From an uncultured delta proteobacterium (GTDB lineage Bacteria; Desulfobacterota; Desulfobacteria; Desulfobacterales; JAFDCJ01), in NCBI GenBank assembly GCA_963769935.1, contig CAVYNY010000013.1, positions 352,001 through 416,000 on the forward strand: a DNA stretch of 64,000 bases, in the 5' to 3' direction. The notes under the pieces were generated by a model. The model saw nothing but the letters and a program-made list of their open reading frames with translations. It did not search any database and was not told where the DNA came from. This document shows, piece by piece, positions 40,478 through 50,282 of the stretch (position 1 is the stretch's first letter; every line of letters begins with the position of its first letter). Both the position numbers and the translations under genes were made by a program.

Positions 40478-41536
40478 CTATCTGCTTTCTCCCCCTGCAG
40501 CAGCCTGGCGCTGCGAGTCGATGATCTTTCCGGAAACTGCCTGCGACCGCGGCGAAGTCATCCGCCGGCGGGCGGAGGCCATGATTTTTTCGATCAGCAC
40601 CTGATAGGACATGCCGATCCGACTGCAGATGATCGGCAGATCCGAATGCTCCGGATGCAAACCGGCCAGGGGGTTGACTTCCACGAACTGGGGGTTGCCG
40701 CGAGCATCGCAGCGGATATCGATCCGGCCGGCGTCGCGGCAGCCCAGCACGCGCCAGGCCTGCAAAGCAATCGCCTCGGCTTCCCGCACCGTGGCATCCG
40801 CCGCGGCATCAACCAGCCGGTATTCCACCAGTTCTTCACAATTTTCTTTGTTCTCATACGAATAGACCTGGGGTTCGGCGGCCGACCGCAGATGGAGTTC
40901 AATCGAGCCTAAAACTGCGGAATCCATTCCCGTTCCGACCAGACCGACGGTGAACTCGCGCCCCGGCAGGAATTCTTCTACCAGGACCGGCTGCCGATAG
41001 GCGCCAATCAGCTCGGCGCAGCGGGGCAGCAACTCCTCGCGTTGCCGGATGACGGAGGCCGGCGTGACCCCTTTGCCCGTCCCCTCAGCTACCGGCTTTA
41101 CGAAAAATGGCGGATCGAAAGTCACTGGCTCTGCCTGACGGCCGTCTTCAACCACCAGAAAATCCGGGGTCGGCACGCCGGCGTCACGGATCACCCGTTT
41201 GGTAAGGCCCTTGTGCAGCGACAAACTCATGACCAGCGGATCGGAAAAGGTATACGGGATATCATAGGCTTCCAGTAGGGCGGGTACTTGGGCCTCGCGG
41301 CCGAATCCTCTCAAACCCTCGGCGATATTGAATACCATATCCCAGCGGTCCCCTGCAACCAGCCGCTGTGCGAGGCGCATGACATTGCCGATGCGCTCCG
41401 TCCGGTAGCCGAGATCCTGCAAGGTCTGCTCGATGGCTTCAATCGTATCCGGGCGGTCGAATTCGGCCGTCTCCGCCTCGTCGTAGCCCATCGCGCGATA
41501 ATCATCGCGCAAATCATAGGTAAGTCCAATCTTCAC
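40478..41536 (-). CDS. D-Ala-D-Ala ligase-like ATP-grasp protein 1
   Basis: GTG start after AGGAG; VFNIAEG, VKPVAEGTGKG, EEFLPGREF, GRIDIR, VEVNPLAGL. Confidence 0.9.
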   Translation of the reverse strand: MKIGLTYDLRDDYRAMGYDEAETAEFDRPDTIEAIEQTLQDLGYRTERIGNVMRLAQRLVAGDRWDMVFNIAEGLRGFGREAQVPALLEAYDIPYTFSDPLVMSLSLHKGLTKRVIRDAGVPTPDFLVVEDGRQAEPVTFDPPFFVKPVAEGTGKGVTPASVIRQREELLPRCAELIGAYRQPVLVEEFLPGREFTVGLVGTGMDSAVLGSIELHLRSAAEPQVYSYENKENCEELVEYRLVDAAADATVREAEAIALQAWRVLGCRDAGRIDIRCDARGNPQFVEVNPLAGLHPEHSDLPIICSRIGMSYQVLIEKIMASARRRMTSPRSQAVSGKIIDSQRQAAAGGESR

Positions 41537-41565
41537 GACATTTCTCCTACTGCAAACCACGTCAT

Positions 41566-42900
41566 TTATTTCAATGGGCTTTCCGCGACCGGTGCCTCAC
41601 ATCCGCCGGCGATGGGATAACGGTAGATGTCACCGGCATAGTTTTTGAGCAGCAAATCGTTGCCCTCGCGGCCCACCACATATTCCGGCAGGAGCGGAAT
41701 TTTGCCGCCGCCGCCCGGGGCGTCGATGACATAGGTCGGCACCGCGTAGCCGGTGGTGTAGCCGCGCAACCCGTGGATGACCTCCAGACCTTTTTCCACC
41801 GCCGTTCGAAAATGCCCCGAACCCAGAATGGGATCGCACTGGTAAAGATAATAGGGCCTGACCCTGATTCGCAGCAGCCCGTGCACCAGACTTTTCATGG
41901 TATCGACCTGGTCATTGACCCCGGCCAGCAGAACGGTCTGACTGCCGAGCGGAATGCCCGCATCCGCCAGGCGGGTGCAGGCCTCCTGAACTTCGGAGGT
42001 CAACTCGGCCGGATGGGTGCAATGTATGCTCATCATGAGCGGGTGATAACGCTTGAGCATCCGGGTCAGCGCATGGGTAATGCGCTGTGGCAGAACCATG
42101 GGCGCTTTGGTGCCGATCCGTATGATTTCGACATGCGGAATCTGGCGCAATCGCATCAGGAGGTATTCCAGTTTTTCATCGGGCAGGGTCAAAGGATCCC
42201 CGCCGGACAGGAGCACGTCCCTGACCGCGCTGTTCGCTTCGATATAAGCGAAGGCCTCCTCCCACTGCTGCATGTGAAAGGCCGCTTTTTGTCTTTGGCC
42301 TACCATGCGGGACCGGGTGCAGTACCGGCAATACGTGGAGCAGAACTCCGTCACGAGAAACAGGACCCTGTCCGGGTAGCGGTGGATCAACCCCGGAGCG
42401 GGGCTGTCGCTGTCTTCTCCGAGCGGATCATGCGATTCGCCCGCGGAATGCACATACTCGCTCGTCACCGGCACCACCGTGCGGCGCAGAGCCTGTTGGG
42501 GATCGTTCACATCGAGCAGGCTTGCATAGTAAGGGGTGATCGCGAAAGGCAGCGAATGACCATCATGGATCAGGGCCCGGCGTTCATCGTCTGAAAGACG
42601 GATAATCCGCTCCAGCCCGCTCGCGGTTGTAATTCGATTTCTCAGCTGCCAACGCCAGTTATGCCATTGGCTGGCGGTGGCTTCGGGAAAAAATTGTTTA
42701 CGAAAATTTTGCGTCCGTGGATTTTCCGGCAACAGCAGGTTTACCGGTTCCCGGGGTAAGGATTTCATCCCGGGTTTTTTTATATTTGGCAGGATATTGT
42801 GTTCGCAATGCTGGCTTGATTCGGCGTCCATGCGGGGGAACGCCGCCAGCCCGGTACCGGGAGGCTCCGCCTCTTCCGTAGAAAAAATAACTTTTCGCAT
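41566..42900 (-). CDS. kamA: KamA family radical SAM enzyme (lysine 2,3-aminomutase-like)
   Basis: HRYPDRV, CSTYCRYC, LSGGDPL, QTVLL, YLYQCD, VIDAPGGGGK (PLP Lys). Confidence 0.92.
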   Translation of the reverse strand: MRKVIFSTEEAEPPGTGLAAFPRMDAESSQHCEHNILPNIKKPGMKSLPREPVNLLLPENPRTQNFRKQFFPEATASQWHNWRWQLRNRITTASGLERIIRLSDDERRALIHDGHSLPFAITPYYASLLDVNDPQQALRRTVVPVTSEYVHSAGESHDPLGEDSDSPAPGLIHRYPDRVLFLVTEFCSTYCRYCTRSRMVGQRQKAAFHMQQWEEAFAYIEANSAVRDVLLSGGDPLTLPDEKLEYLLMRLRQIPHVEIIRIGTKAPMVLPQRITHALTRMLKRYHPLMMSIHCTHPAELTSEVQEACTRLADAGIPLGSQTVLLAGVNDQVDTMKSLVHGLLRIRVRPYYLYQCDPILGSGHFRTAVEKGLEVIHGLRGYTTGYAVPTYVIDAPGGGGKIPLLPEYVVGREGNDLLLKNYAGDIYRYPIAGGCEAPVAESPLK

Positions 42901-42976
42901 ACTGTTTTATTCTCCTTTCTGAAGTCGTATTTTATTAACTGCGATCCGCGCCGTCCCTCAATTTACCGAACAGTTC

Positions 42977-42992
42977 AGCAATATATGTGCCA
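42977..42992 (-). promoter_or_regulatory. sigma54 promoter of the kamA operon
   Basis: Minus strand TGGCAC-ATATA-TTGCT. Confidence 0.85.
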
Positions 42993-43042
42993 GTATAGTA
43001 TTATTAATAATTACAGGCTATTATAAAATTATCCCAACTCGG

Positions 43043-43191
43043 CTTCGGAACCGCAAGTTCCGAAGTTTCACGACTTTGTTCGACTACCGCCTGTTTAGCC
43101 GCTTAAAAAGCGGCTATGGGGACATTGGCCGGCAACCCGCAGGACGAACTGCAAGTTCTTATCCGGCTCAAAAACAGGAATTGTCATATCT
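43043..43191. promoter_or_regulatory. Three palindromic activator sites upstream of kamA
   Basis: CTTCGGAA-CCGCAAG-TTCCGAAG (43043-43065); CGAA-CTGCAAG-TTCT (43145-43159); weaker GGAA-TTGTCAT-ATCT (43177-43191). Confidence 0.7.
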
Positions 43192-43518
43192 GATTTGCAG
43201 CTGTTTGCTGAAACCGGCATTTTCATCGCATCAAAAATCCATTGGCTGAATCATGCCTGTTCCCGGCAAACGCGTACCTGTGAGTGGAGTCATATTTAAC
43301 TTGACAACATCCATCCTAAAGTTGAATATTACCCTGATCCGTAGTTTCCGCATTCTATTCCGAATTTAAACTCAAATCAAAAAATTAGCCTGAAAATAGT
43401 GGGTTATTTATCGCGGCGGCGGTCAGGGGCAAAATTCGCTTCATTTCTTTGCCGCGTGACTTGGGATTGAGAACCGGTAATCTTTCACACTCAACACACT
43501 CAACAAAAGGGGGTTCCA

Positions 43519-44502
43519 ATGAAGAAATGGTATATCTGTTCAATGATCATCGCGGCGCTGCTGGTTTTGACCTTCAGCCCGCAGGCTGCGCTCGCGGCAA
43601 AGAAGCTTAAATGGGCCCACGTTTATGAAACCAGTGAGACATTTCACAAATGGGCCCTGTGGGCGGCTGCCGAAATCGAAAAAAAGACCGACGGCAAATA
43701 CCACATCGAAGTCTACCCGGCCTCTTCGCTGGGCAAGGAGGCCGACATCGTTCAGGGCCTGTCGCTGGGCACGGTGGACATCGTCTACGCCGGTGCAGCT
43801 TTCATCGCCAACACCTACGGACCCCTGGGCATCGCTGAGGCGCCCTTTGTATTTCGCGATTTCGACCACTGGAAAAGTTTTGCCAAATCCGATCTGTTTT
43901 CTGATTTCATCGCCGGCTATCATGATGCCTCCCAGGGCAATCAGATTACATCGGTGACCTACTATGGCGCCCGCTGCGTCACCTCCAACAAACCCATCAA
44001 CTCACCGGCCGACATGAAAGGTTTGAAAATCCGCGTGCCCAATGCACCCCTTTACCTGATGTTCACAGAAGCGGTCGGCGCCAACGCCGCTCCGATTGCT
44101 TTTGCCGAAGTCTATCTGGCATTGCAGCAGGGGGTCGTCGATGCCGAGGAAAACCCGCTGCCGACCATCAAAGCTAAAAAGTTCTACGAAGTCCAGAAGT
44201 ACATCAACCTGACCCAGCATATCGTCAACAATCTGGTTACCATTGTCGGTGCGCCGACCTGGAAGAAGCTGTCCGACGATGAGAAGAAAATATTCACCGA
44301 AACCATGCTGGCGGCGGCCGCCCAAAATTCAGTCGAGGTGCGCCGGCAGGAGGACGATCTCAAACCCTGGTTCGAGGAAAAAGGCAACATCATCAACGCC
44401 GTTGACCGCCAACCGTTCATGGATGCCGTCAAGCCCTTCATCAACGGCCCCAAAGCGACCTGGAGTAAAGACGATTACAATCGGCTGGAGGCCATCAAAT
44501 AG
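43519..44502 (+). CDS. dctP: TRAP transporter substrate-binding protein (DctP/SiaP-like)
   Basis: Signal peptide, YPASSLG, GLKIRVP, EVYLALQQGVVD..ENP, FYEVQKY. Confidence 0.93.
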   Translation: MKKWYICSMIIAALLVLTFSPQAALAAKKLKWAHVYETSETFHKWALWAAAEIEKKTDGKYHIEVYPASSLGKEADIVQGLSLGTVDIVYAGAAFIANTYGPLGIAEAPFVFRDFDHWKSFAKSDLFSDFIAGYHDASQGNQITSVTYYGARCVTSNKPINSPADMKGLKIRVPNAPLYLMFTEAVGANAAPIAFAEVYLALQQGVVDAEENPLPTIKAKKFYEVQKYINLTQHIVNNLVTIVGAPTWKKLSDDEKKIFTETMLAAAAQNSVEVRRQEDDLKPWFEEKGNIINAVDRQPFMDAVKPFINGPKATWSKDDYNRLEAIK

Positions 44503-44526
44503 CTTGCGCACCAGAGGAGAAAAGAT

Positions 44527-45090
44527 ATGACCGACCAACGACCAGCCCCGGAAGAGAAGAGCCAGGAGGCCCCCGCGCCTGAGAATAACGACACAAATTC
44601 TTCCTTCAAATTCCGCGATTACTCCCTTGAGGACTATCTGGTTCTGATTATCTTCTGGGTGCTGGCCGGAGTCGTTTTTGCCCAGTTTTTCTCGCGCTAT
44701 GTCCTGAATTCAGCCATCACCTGGACCGAAGAGATTGCCCGCTATCTGCTGATTTCCGTCGGCTTCGCCGGATCGATTATGGCCGTGCGGAAAAATTCCC
44801 ACATCTTTGTGGAGGTTTTCTACCGATTCATGCCGCGGCGGCTGGCAATGATTGCGGCCCGGCTGGTTGATCTGATTAAAGTCGTGTTTTTCGGCATCGG
44901 CACCTGGCTTTCCTGGAAGATCATTCCGATTATGGCCCACCATCGGATGGTGTCGATCAATATACCGATGAGCTGGATTTACAAAGTCGTCTTTCTCAGT
45001 TTTCTCATCATGACCCTGCGAAGCATTTATCTCGCCTATCGCCATTTCAAATACCATTACGTCCCTTTGGCCGGTTTTTCAGACAAGTAA
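44527..45090 (+). CDS. dctQ: TRAP transporter small permease
   Basis: RYVLN, WTEEIARY, HIFV; 4 TM helices. Confidence 0.92.
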   Translation: MTDQRPAPEEKSQEAPAPENNDTNSSFKFRDYSLEDYLVLIIFWVLAGVVFAQFFSRYVLNSAITWTEEIARYLLISVGFAGSIMAVRKNSHIFVEVFYRFMPRRLAMIAARLVDLIKVVFFGIGTWLSWKIIPIMAHHRMVSINIPMSWIYKVVFLSFLIMTLRSIYLAYRHFKYHYVPLAGFSDK

Positions 45091-45109
45091 CACCGCAAGG
45101 ATCGTTTTT

Positions 45110-46387
45110 ATGATCAGTATCCTGTTCATAGCACTGTTCGTTCTAATAATCATCGGCGCTCCGATTGCCATCGCCCTGGGCGGCTCGTCGATGCTCTGGG
45201 TCTACCTGACACAGGAAATACCCGACTTTGCCATCATACACCGGATGGTCAACGGGGTGGATTCCTTCCCATTGCTGGCTGTGCCGTTTTTTATACTGGC
45301 CGGCAACATCATGAACGCCGCCGGCCTGACCAACCACATATTCGGCTTCGCCCGGGCCCTGGTCGGCTGGCTGCCCGGCGGGCTGGGCCACGTCAACATC
45401 GGGGCCAGCATTATTTTTTCCGGTATGTCCGGTGCCGCCGTGGCCGACGCCGGCGGGCTGGGTACCATTGAGATCAAGGCCATGTCCGACGCCGGCTACG
45501 ACACCGACTTTTCCGTCGCCGTGACCGCCTCCTCGGCCACCATCGGGCCGATTATCCCGCCCAGCCTGCCGATGGTGATCTACGGCGTGCTGGCATCCGA
45601 ATCCATCGGTCAGCTGTTTATCGCCGGGTTTATCCCGGGTTTGCTGATGGGGGTGGCGCTGATGATTATGGTTGCCATTTATGCCCACCGGCGGCACTAT
45701 CCCCGGGACGCCGGCTTCTCCGTGCGCGAACTGGGCCGCTCCTTTCTGGTCGGCCTGCCGTCGCTGTTCACGCCGGTGATTATTATCGGCGGCATCGCAA
45801 CGGGCATTTTCACCCCGACCGAGGCGGCCATCGCCGCCGTGTTCTACGGTCTCTTCCTGGGCCTGATCGTCTACCGCTCGCTCAGTTTTCGCGATCTGGT
45901 TCAGGTCAGCCTGGAGACCGTTGAAACCACGGCCATCATTCTGCTGATCGTGGCCGGAGCCTCCATTTTCGCCTGGATATTAACCGAGAACCAGATCACC
46001 GAACGTTTCGCCGCATTGATTCTGAACCTGAGCCACAACAAGATCGTGGTTTTGCTCCTGATAAACGCCATTTTATTCGTGGTCGGGTTTTTCATGGAAA
46101 CCATTGCCGCCATTACCATCCTGGTGCCGGTGCTGCTGCCCATCGCAGTGCAAGTGGGTGTCGACCCGGTCCACTTCGGCGTCATCATGGTGCTCAACCT
46201 GATGATCGGCCTGCTCACGCCGCCGGTGGGCATGGTGCTCTATGTTCTTTCCCGGGTGGCCAAGATACCATTCGAGCGCTGCGCATCGGCGACGCTGCCG
46301 TTTCTGATTCCGCTGGTTATCGTCCTGCTGCTGGTTACTTTTATCCCTCAAATTTCCATGTGGCTGCCCACCATGCTGCTGCGCTAG
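45110..46387 (+). CDS. dctM: TRAP transporter large permease
   Basis: LLAVPFF, SGAAVAD, IIPPS, FTPTEAA, HFG, TPPVG. Confidence 0.94.
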   Translation: MISILFIALFVLIIIGAPIAIALGGSSMLWVYLTQEIPDFAIIHRMVNGVDSFPLLAVPFFILAGNIMNAAGLTNHIFGFARALVGWLPGGLGHVNIGASIIFSGMSGAAVADAGGLGTIEIKAMSDAGYDTDFSVAVTASSATIGPIIPPSLPMVIYGVLASESIGQLFIAGFIPGLLMGVALMIMVAIYAHRRHYPRDAGFSVRELGRSFLVGLPSLFTPVIIIGGIATGIFTPTEAAIAAVFYGLFLGLIVYRSLSFRDLVQVSLETVETTAIILLIVAGASIFAWILTENQITERFAALILNLSHNKIVVLLLINAILFVVGFFMETIAAITILVPVLLPIAVQVGVDPVHFGVIMVLNLMIGLLTPPVGMVLYVLSRVAKIPFERCASATLPFLIPLVIVLLLVTFIPQISMWLPTMLLR

Positions 46388-46400
46388 GGAGATCAAAAAA

Positions 46401-47483
46401 ATGGCTCATTTTCCTTACGGCAATGATCCGGTCAAGCTCGAAAAGTATCGGGCTTTCTGGAACCGGGATGAGATCGCTCGTCCCCTGGTTGGTTTTTCCT
46501 TTGTCGGCTGGTTTCCGATGGAAGAGTTTGCGGTCTGTCGCAATTGGGTGTCGGCGGATTATCTCACCCTGGATATGGTCGAGCCGCAGGATTTCCTGGA
46601 TGATCATGTGCGTCTGGCCCGCGAAGGCGAGATGATCGAAGACGATATGATTCGCGGTGCCTGCCCGACCCAGGTAGCCGTTCCGTTTCTGCCGGCCATG
46701 CTGGGCAACCCGCTGCGCATTTTACCGCAAAACATTCTGGGGGTGGAACGTAAACTGACCTGGGAAGAGGCCTTTGCCGTAGACCTGGATACAGCGCATC
46801 CCTGGTACCGCAAGTACATGGCGTTTGTCGAGGCCCTGGTGGAAAGGGCCGCCGGCCGTTTCCCCGTCAGCCACGGTCCGGAAATCGGCCCCACCGACCT
46901 GCATGCGATTCTGCGCGGCCACAACGAAAGCATCATGGACTTGATGACGGCGCCGGAGAACTCGGCCAAACTCCTGTGGCATCTGGGCGAAATCGTACGC
47001 GATCTGTTTAAGGCCGTCTGGCAGCGGATCCCGCTTTTTCACGGCGGCTGGTTCGATGCCCAGTACTGTCTGTGGTCGCCGGGGCCGATCATCCGCATGC
47101 AGGAGGACGCCACCGCCGTCTACTCCCCCGACTTGTACCGCCGCCTGGTTCAGCCGGTGGACCGCATGCTGGCCCAATCTTTCAGCTGCAACTTCATGCA
47201 CCTGCATTCCACCTCCATGTTTCTGCTGGATGCGTTTCTTGAAATCGAGGAAATTCCCTGCTTTGAAATCAATAACGACGCCAGCGGCCCGCCGGTTGCC
47301 GATATGGTGCCGTACTTCCAAAAGGTTCAGAATGCGGGTCGTTCGCTGCTGATCAGGGGGGCCTTTACCCCGACCGAGCTGCAGCTGCTGATGGATTCCC
47401 TGGAATCTCGGGGACTTTTTCTCAACATCATGGTAAAAAGTATGGCCGAAATCGAAGCTCTCAGACCCATTGTCGGCAGGTAG
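46401..47483 (+). CDS. Uroporphyrinogen decarboxylase / MtaA-like TIM-barrel protein of unknown function
   Basis: GPTDLHAILRG, QEDATAVYSP..Y...V.P, MHLHS fit the URO-D/CIMS-like superfamily; follows dctM closely. Confidence 0.6.
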   Translation: MAHFPYGNDPVKLEKYRAFWNRDEIARPLVGFSFVGWFPMEEFAVCRNWVSADYLTLDMVEPQDFLDDHVRLAREGEMIEDDMIRGACPTQVAVPFLPAMLGNPLRILPQNILGVERKLTWEEAFAVDLDTAHPWYRKYMAFVEALVERAAGRFPVSHGPEIGPTDLHAILRGHNESIMDLMTAPENSAKLLWHLGEIVRDLFKAVWQRIPLFHGGWFDAQYCLWSPGPIIRMQEDATAVYSPDLYRRLVQPVDRMLAQSFSCNFMHLHSTSMFLLDAFLEIEEIPCFEINNDASGPPVADMVPYFQKVQNAGRSLLIRGAFTPTELQLLMDSLESRGLFLNIMVKSMAEIEALRPIVGR

Positions 47484-47516
47484 ATGCTGCAGCGGGATCA
47501 GGTAGTTTCCTCATTT

Positions 47517-49388
47517 TTATATTAGCTTATCCTGCGAGCGCAACAGCCGCAGCAGATACCGCTGGGCCAGGAGGTCGGAGCTGACCATACCAAGCACCTT
47601 TCCTTCATCCACTACCGGCATGGCCGAAATCTGGTTTTGCTCAAGGTCGGTAACAATATCCAGGATACTGGAAGCTGGATTTGCTGCAACCACCGTGCGC
47701 GTCATAATTGTTTCCACGCTTTGTTCGCACACATTTTCGGCCACGGCCTGGGTGATATCCCAGGCGGTAATCACGCCGACAAGTTTATCGTCCTGGGACA
47801 AAACAGCGATAATGTTGCTCTGGCTGTTTACGATCAGCGCTGCGGCAGCCTGCAGCTTGGCCTCATAGCTGATGGTGGGGATCGGTGCCATAATGTCTTG
47901 CGCCGTCCGCTTCCGTTCTTTGGCGGCAAGTCGCCCGAGGGCAATATGCTCTGCAGCTTGACTCGGCAGCAGGTCCGTGTCCGCGGCCAGCAGGTCTACC
48001 AGTTCCGTCATGTTGCGCCGAATCGCCGCTTCCCGGTGTGCGTTGCCCGCTGCCAGGCGCATTTCAGAGAGGGCTGCAAATTCAGTTTTATTTTCAGCCA
48101 GCCAGGTATCGACAGCCTGTCGATTGCCGAGCAAGGCCGCGGGAATCTGGAGATGCGCCGGGGTCGGGATAATGTGCTCCTGGGCGGCGAATATGACACC
48201 GCCGGAGTTGACCAGATAGTCATTGGCGATCATCACTCCCCTGCGACGATAAACTGCCCGCTCCATGCGGGTCCGCCCGGCTTTGCGATTCGGATCCGGT
48301 GAGTAGGTATTGGCCCCTTCGATAATGACCGACCAGCTTCCCATCTGATCGACACTCATGGAACAGGGATCGGAGGGGCGCACGCCTAAATAGTCGGCCA
48401 CGGGTGCCGCCGGGATGAAGCAAAAAGACGATTCCCGCAAGAGGTCGTCGGCATCTGTTGAAAATTTGGCGGAGTGGCGATGACCTGGGGGGGCGATTTC
48501 CGCTTCAAAATAATGAGGCGTTACCAGGCTGCCCTGCTTGGCCAGACCGATCAACTCGTTCACCGGCAGACCGGCTTTGTCGTAAAGATAACCATGCAGG
48601 TCGCTGATACCGACAACCTTGGCCAAGGGAAGTCTTTCGAACAATATGCGTGCCGTATGGGCGCCGACCGCGCCGAACCCCTGGATGATGACGGTCAGCG
48701 CTTCCGGAACGGGCACCTTGATTCGGGCAAATTGAGGCAGAACGGTCAGACGCGGCATGATTTCCAGCAGCCGCTCAAGGGCGATCACCAGGCCGCCGGC
48801 CGCAGCCCCGAGTTCATCGATACGGTTGCCGCCCATATCGGCGGGCTTGGAAACCGCGCTGTCGATGCCGTTTTCAACGGCAACCGTTTTCATGTCGGCA
48901 TCCTTGGTCCCGACATCCGGACCGGGTACATAGATGTCGCGATAACGAAAAAGCAGGCGCGCAAATCCCCTTACAATTTCAGCGTGCGCTTCGGGCGATG
49001 TTCCGGATTCGGCCACAATACCGGTCTTACCGCCGCCATAGGGAAGATCGGCGGCCGCATTTTTTAAAGTCATGCCGCGGGCAAGATTGTGGATGTCTGC
49101 CGGAGTGACGTCGGGCAGCATCCTGATGCCCCCCATGGAAGGGCTGCCCATGGCTAAATTGTCCACCACCAGGTAGCCGCCGATTTCCAAGTCGGAAGCT
49201 TCGTCCCACATGCAGGCAACCAATCGCGGACCGAGCCCGTCGCAGTTGATTCCCATGCGCGAGAGAAGCTGTTCGTCGGTGTAAACGAACTCCAGATAGC
49301 ACTTTCCGTTGCGCCTCTCGGTACGATTCTGAATGGCGGTTGCGGGTATATGATCCCTTAAATAGGCTTCCATGCTTGCGGGTATCAT
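47517..49388 (-). CDS. Glu/Leu/Phe/Val dehydrogenase with C-terminal CBS pair
   Basis: GGIR, MTLKNA, GGGK, GPDVGT, QGFGAVG, EGAN, NSGGV; CBS motifs DIM, LVGVIT..DI, MPVVD..KVLGMVS..DL. Confidence 0.9.
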   Translation of the reverse strand: MIPASMEAYLRDHIPATAIQNRTERRNGKCYLEFVYTDEQLLSRMGINCDGLGPRLVACMWDEASDLEIGGYLVVDNLAMGSPSMGGIRMLPDVTPADIHNLARGMTLKNAAADLPYGGGKTGIVAESGTSPEAHAEIVRGFARLLFRYRDIYVPGPDVGTKDADMKTVAVENGIDSAVSKPADMGGNRIDELGAAAGGLVIALERLLEIMPRLTVLPQFARIKVPVPEALTVIIQGFGAVGAHTARILFERLPLAKVVGISDLHGYLYDKAGLPVNELIGLAKQGSLVTPHYFEAEIAPPGHRHSAKFSTDADDLLRESSFCFIPAAPVADYLGVRPSDPCSMSVDQMGSWSVIIEGANTYSPDPNRKAGRTRMERAVYRRRGVMIANDYLVNSGGVIFAAQEHIIPTPAHLQIPAALLGNRQAVDTWLAENKTEFAALSEMRLAAGNAHREAAIRRNMTELVDLLAADTDLLPSQAAEHIALGRLAAKERKRTAQDIMAPIPTISYEAKLQAAAALIVNSQSNIIAVLSQDDKLVGVITAWDITQAVAENVCEQSVETIMTRTVVAANPASSILDIVTDLEQNQISAMPVVDEGKVLGMVSSDLLAQRYLLRLLRSQDKLI

Positions 49389-49504
49389 CGGCCGGTTACC
49401 CCCTTTGCTTTGCGCTTCGTAATTTTGAAGCATGTTGACTTATAACAAGTCATTCGAAAAGGCCCTCATCTCCTATTACCCGATAAAACGAGAAAACCAA
49501 AGTC

Positions 49505-50065
49505 TTACCTTCGCTTCAAAACCGACCGGCGCGCGTTAAAAAGGAAATAGGGCAACCGCCCGGCCTTGCCCACATCCCGCGCCATCTCCGTGATGTAGAA
49601 GGCATCGGGATCTTCTATTTTGACAATGTTCAATATCTGTTTCAATCCCCGACGGCGACAGGCGATATACAGCTCATCCACCGGCCCCCGCATACCCTCC
49701 CCCCTGAAAACGGTCACGGCCTGCCCCTTGGCCCTGATTCGATCCGCCAGCGGCCTGCCGGCCGTGCGGGTAAAGACTCTCAAAACGATAAAACCCAGGG
49801 CCAATTTGCGCTCAAGGCTGATTCCGACGACATTGCCGGTCGCATAACCGAAGGCATAGAAAAGGGCCAGGACCGGATGGGCGCCAATCTTATTGATAAC
49901 GGTACTCACCACCGTTATCCAGATGAGCAGTTCACAAATTCCAAGGAAAAATGCGATGACACTCCGGCCCTGAACCGTTACGATCACGCGGACCGTTCCA
50001 ATCGACACGTCGGCAATGCGGGCTGTAAAAATAAGCAAACCTGTTAGGAGGGTGTAAAAATCCAT
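49505..50065 (-). CDS. UPF0316 (DUF5698/DUF2179) membrane protein
   Basis: RIADVSIGTVR, YAFGYATGN..G, GEG..G, DPDAF. Confidence 0.85.
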   Translation of the reverse strand: MDFYTLLTGLLIFTARIADVSIGTVRVIVTVQGRSVIAFFLGICELLIWITVVSTVINKIGAHPVLALFYAFGYATGNVVGISLERKLALGFIVLRVFTRTAGRPLADRIRAKGQAVTVFRGEGMRGPVDELYIACRRRGLKQILNIVKIEDPDAFYITEMARDVGKAGRLPYFLFNARRSVLKRR

Positions 50066-50079
50066 TATCTGAATCAGAG

Positions 50080-50095
50080 AGCAACAGATATGCCA
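50080..50095 (-). promoter_or_regulatory. sigma54 promoter
   Basis: Minus strand TGGCAT-ATCTG-TTGCT, 14 bp from ATG 50065. Confidence 0.75.
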
Positions 50096-50235
50096 GGCAG
50101 GCCCCGACCGGGTGGAAAATTCCCCGCGGGCCGCTATGTCCCTGTTCTTAATTGAAAACATACGATCGGCTGGGACTTGAAGAATTAGTTAATAAATCTC
50201 GCAGCAAAAGACAAGTTTGCGATTAACGAAAATCT

Positions 50236-50282
50236 AGAACTCCCAGTTCTGATGGCCGTGAAAAACAAGAACTTTTCTTTCT
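50236..50282. promoter_or_regulatory. Pair of palindromic activator sites, 32 bp apart
   Basis: AGAA-CTCCCAG-TTCT (50236-50250) and AGAA-CTTTTCT-TTCT (50268-50282), between divergent sigma54 promoters. Confidence 0.62.

Noticed and set aside
39326..41536. Housekeeping ddl genes for peptidoglycan synthesis
   Set aside because: They lack the N-terminal GGxSxE motif, have no mur/fts neighbours and occur as a divergent pair with kamA.
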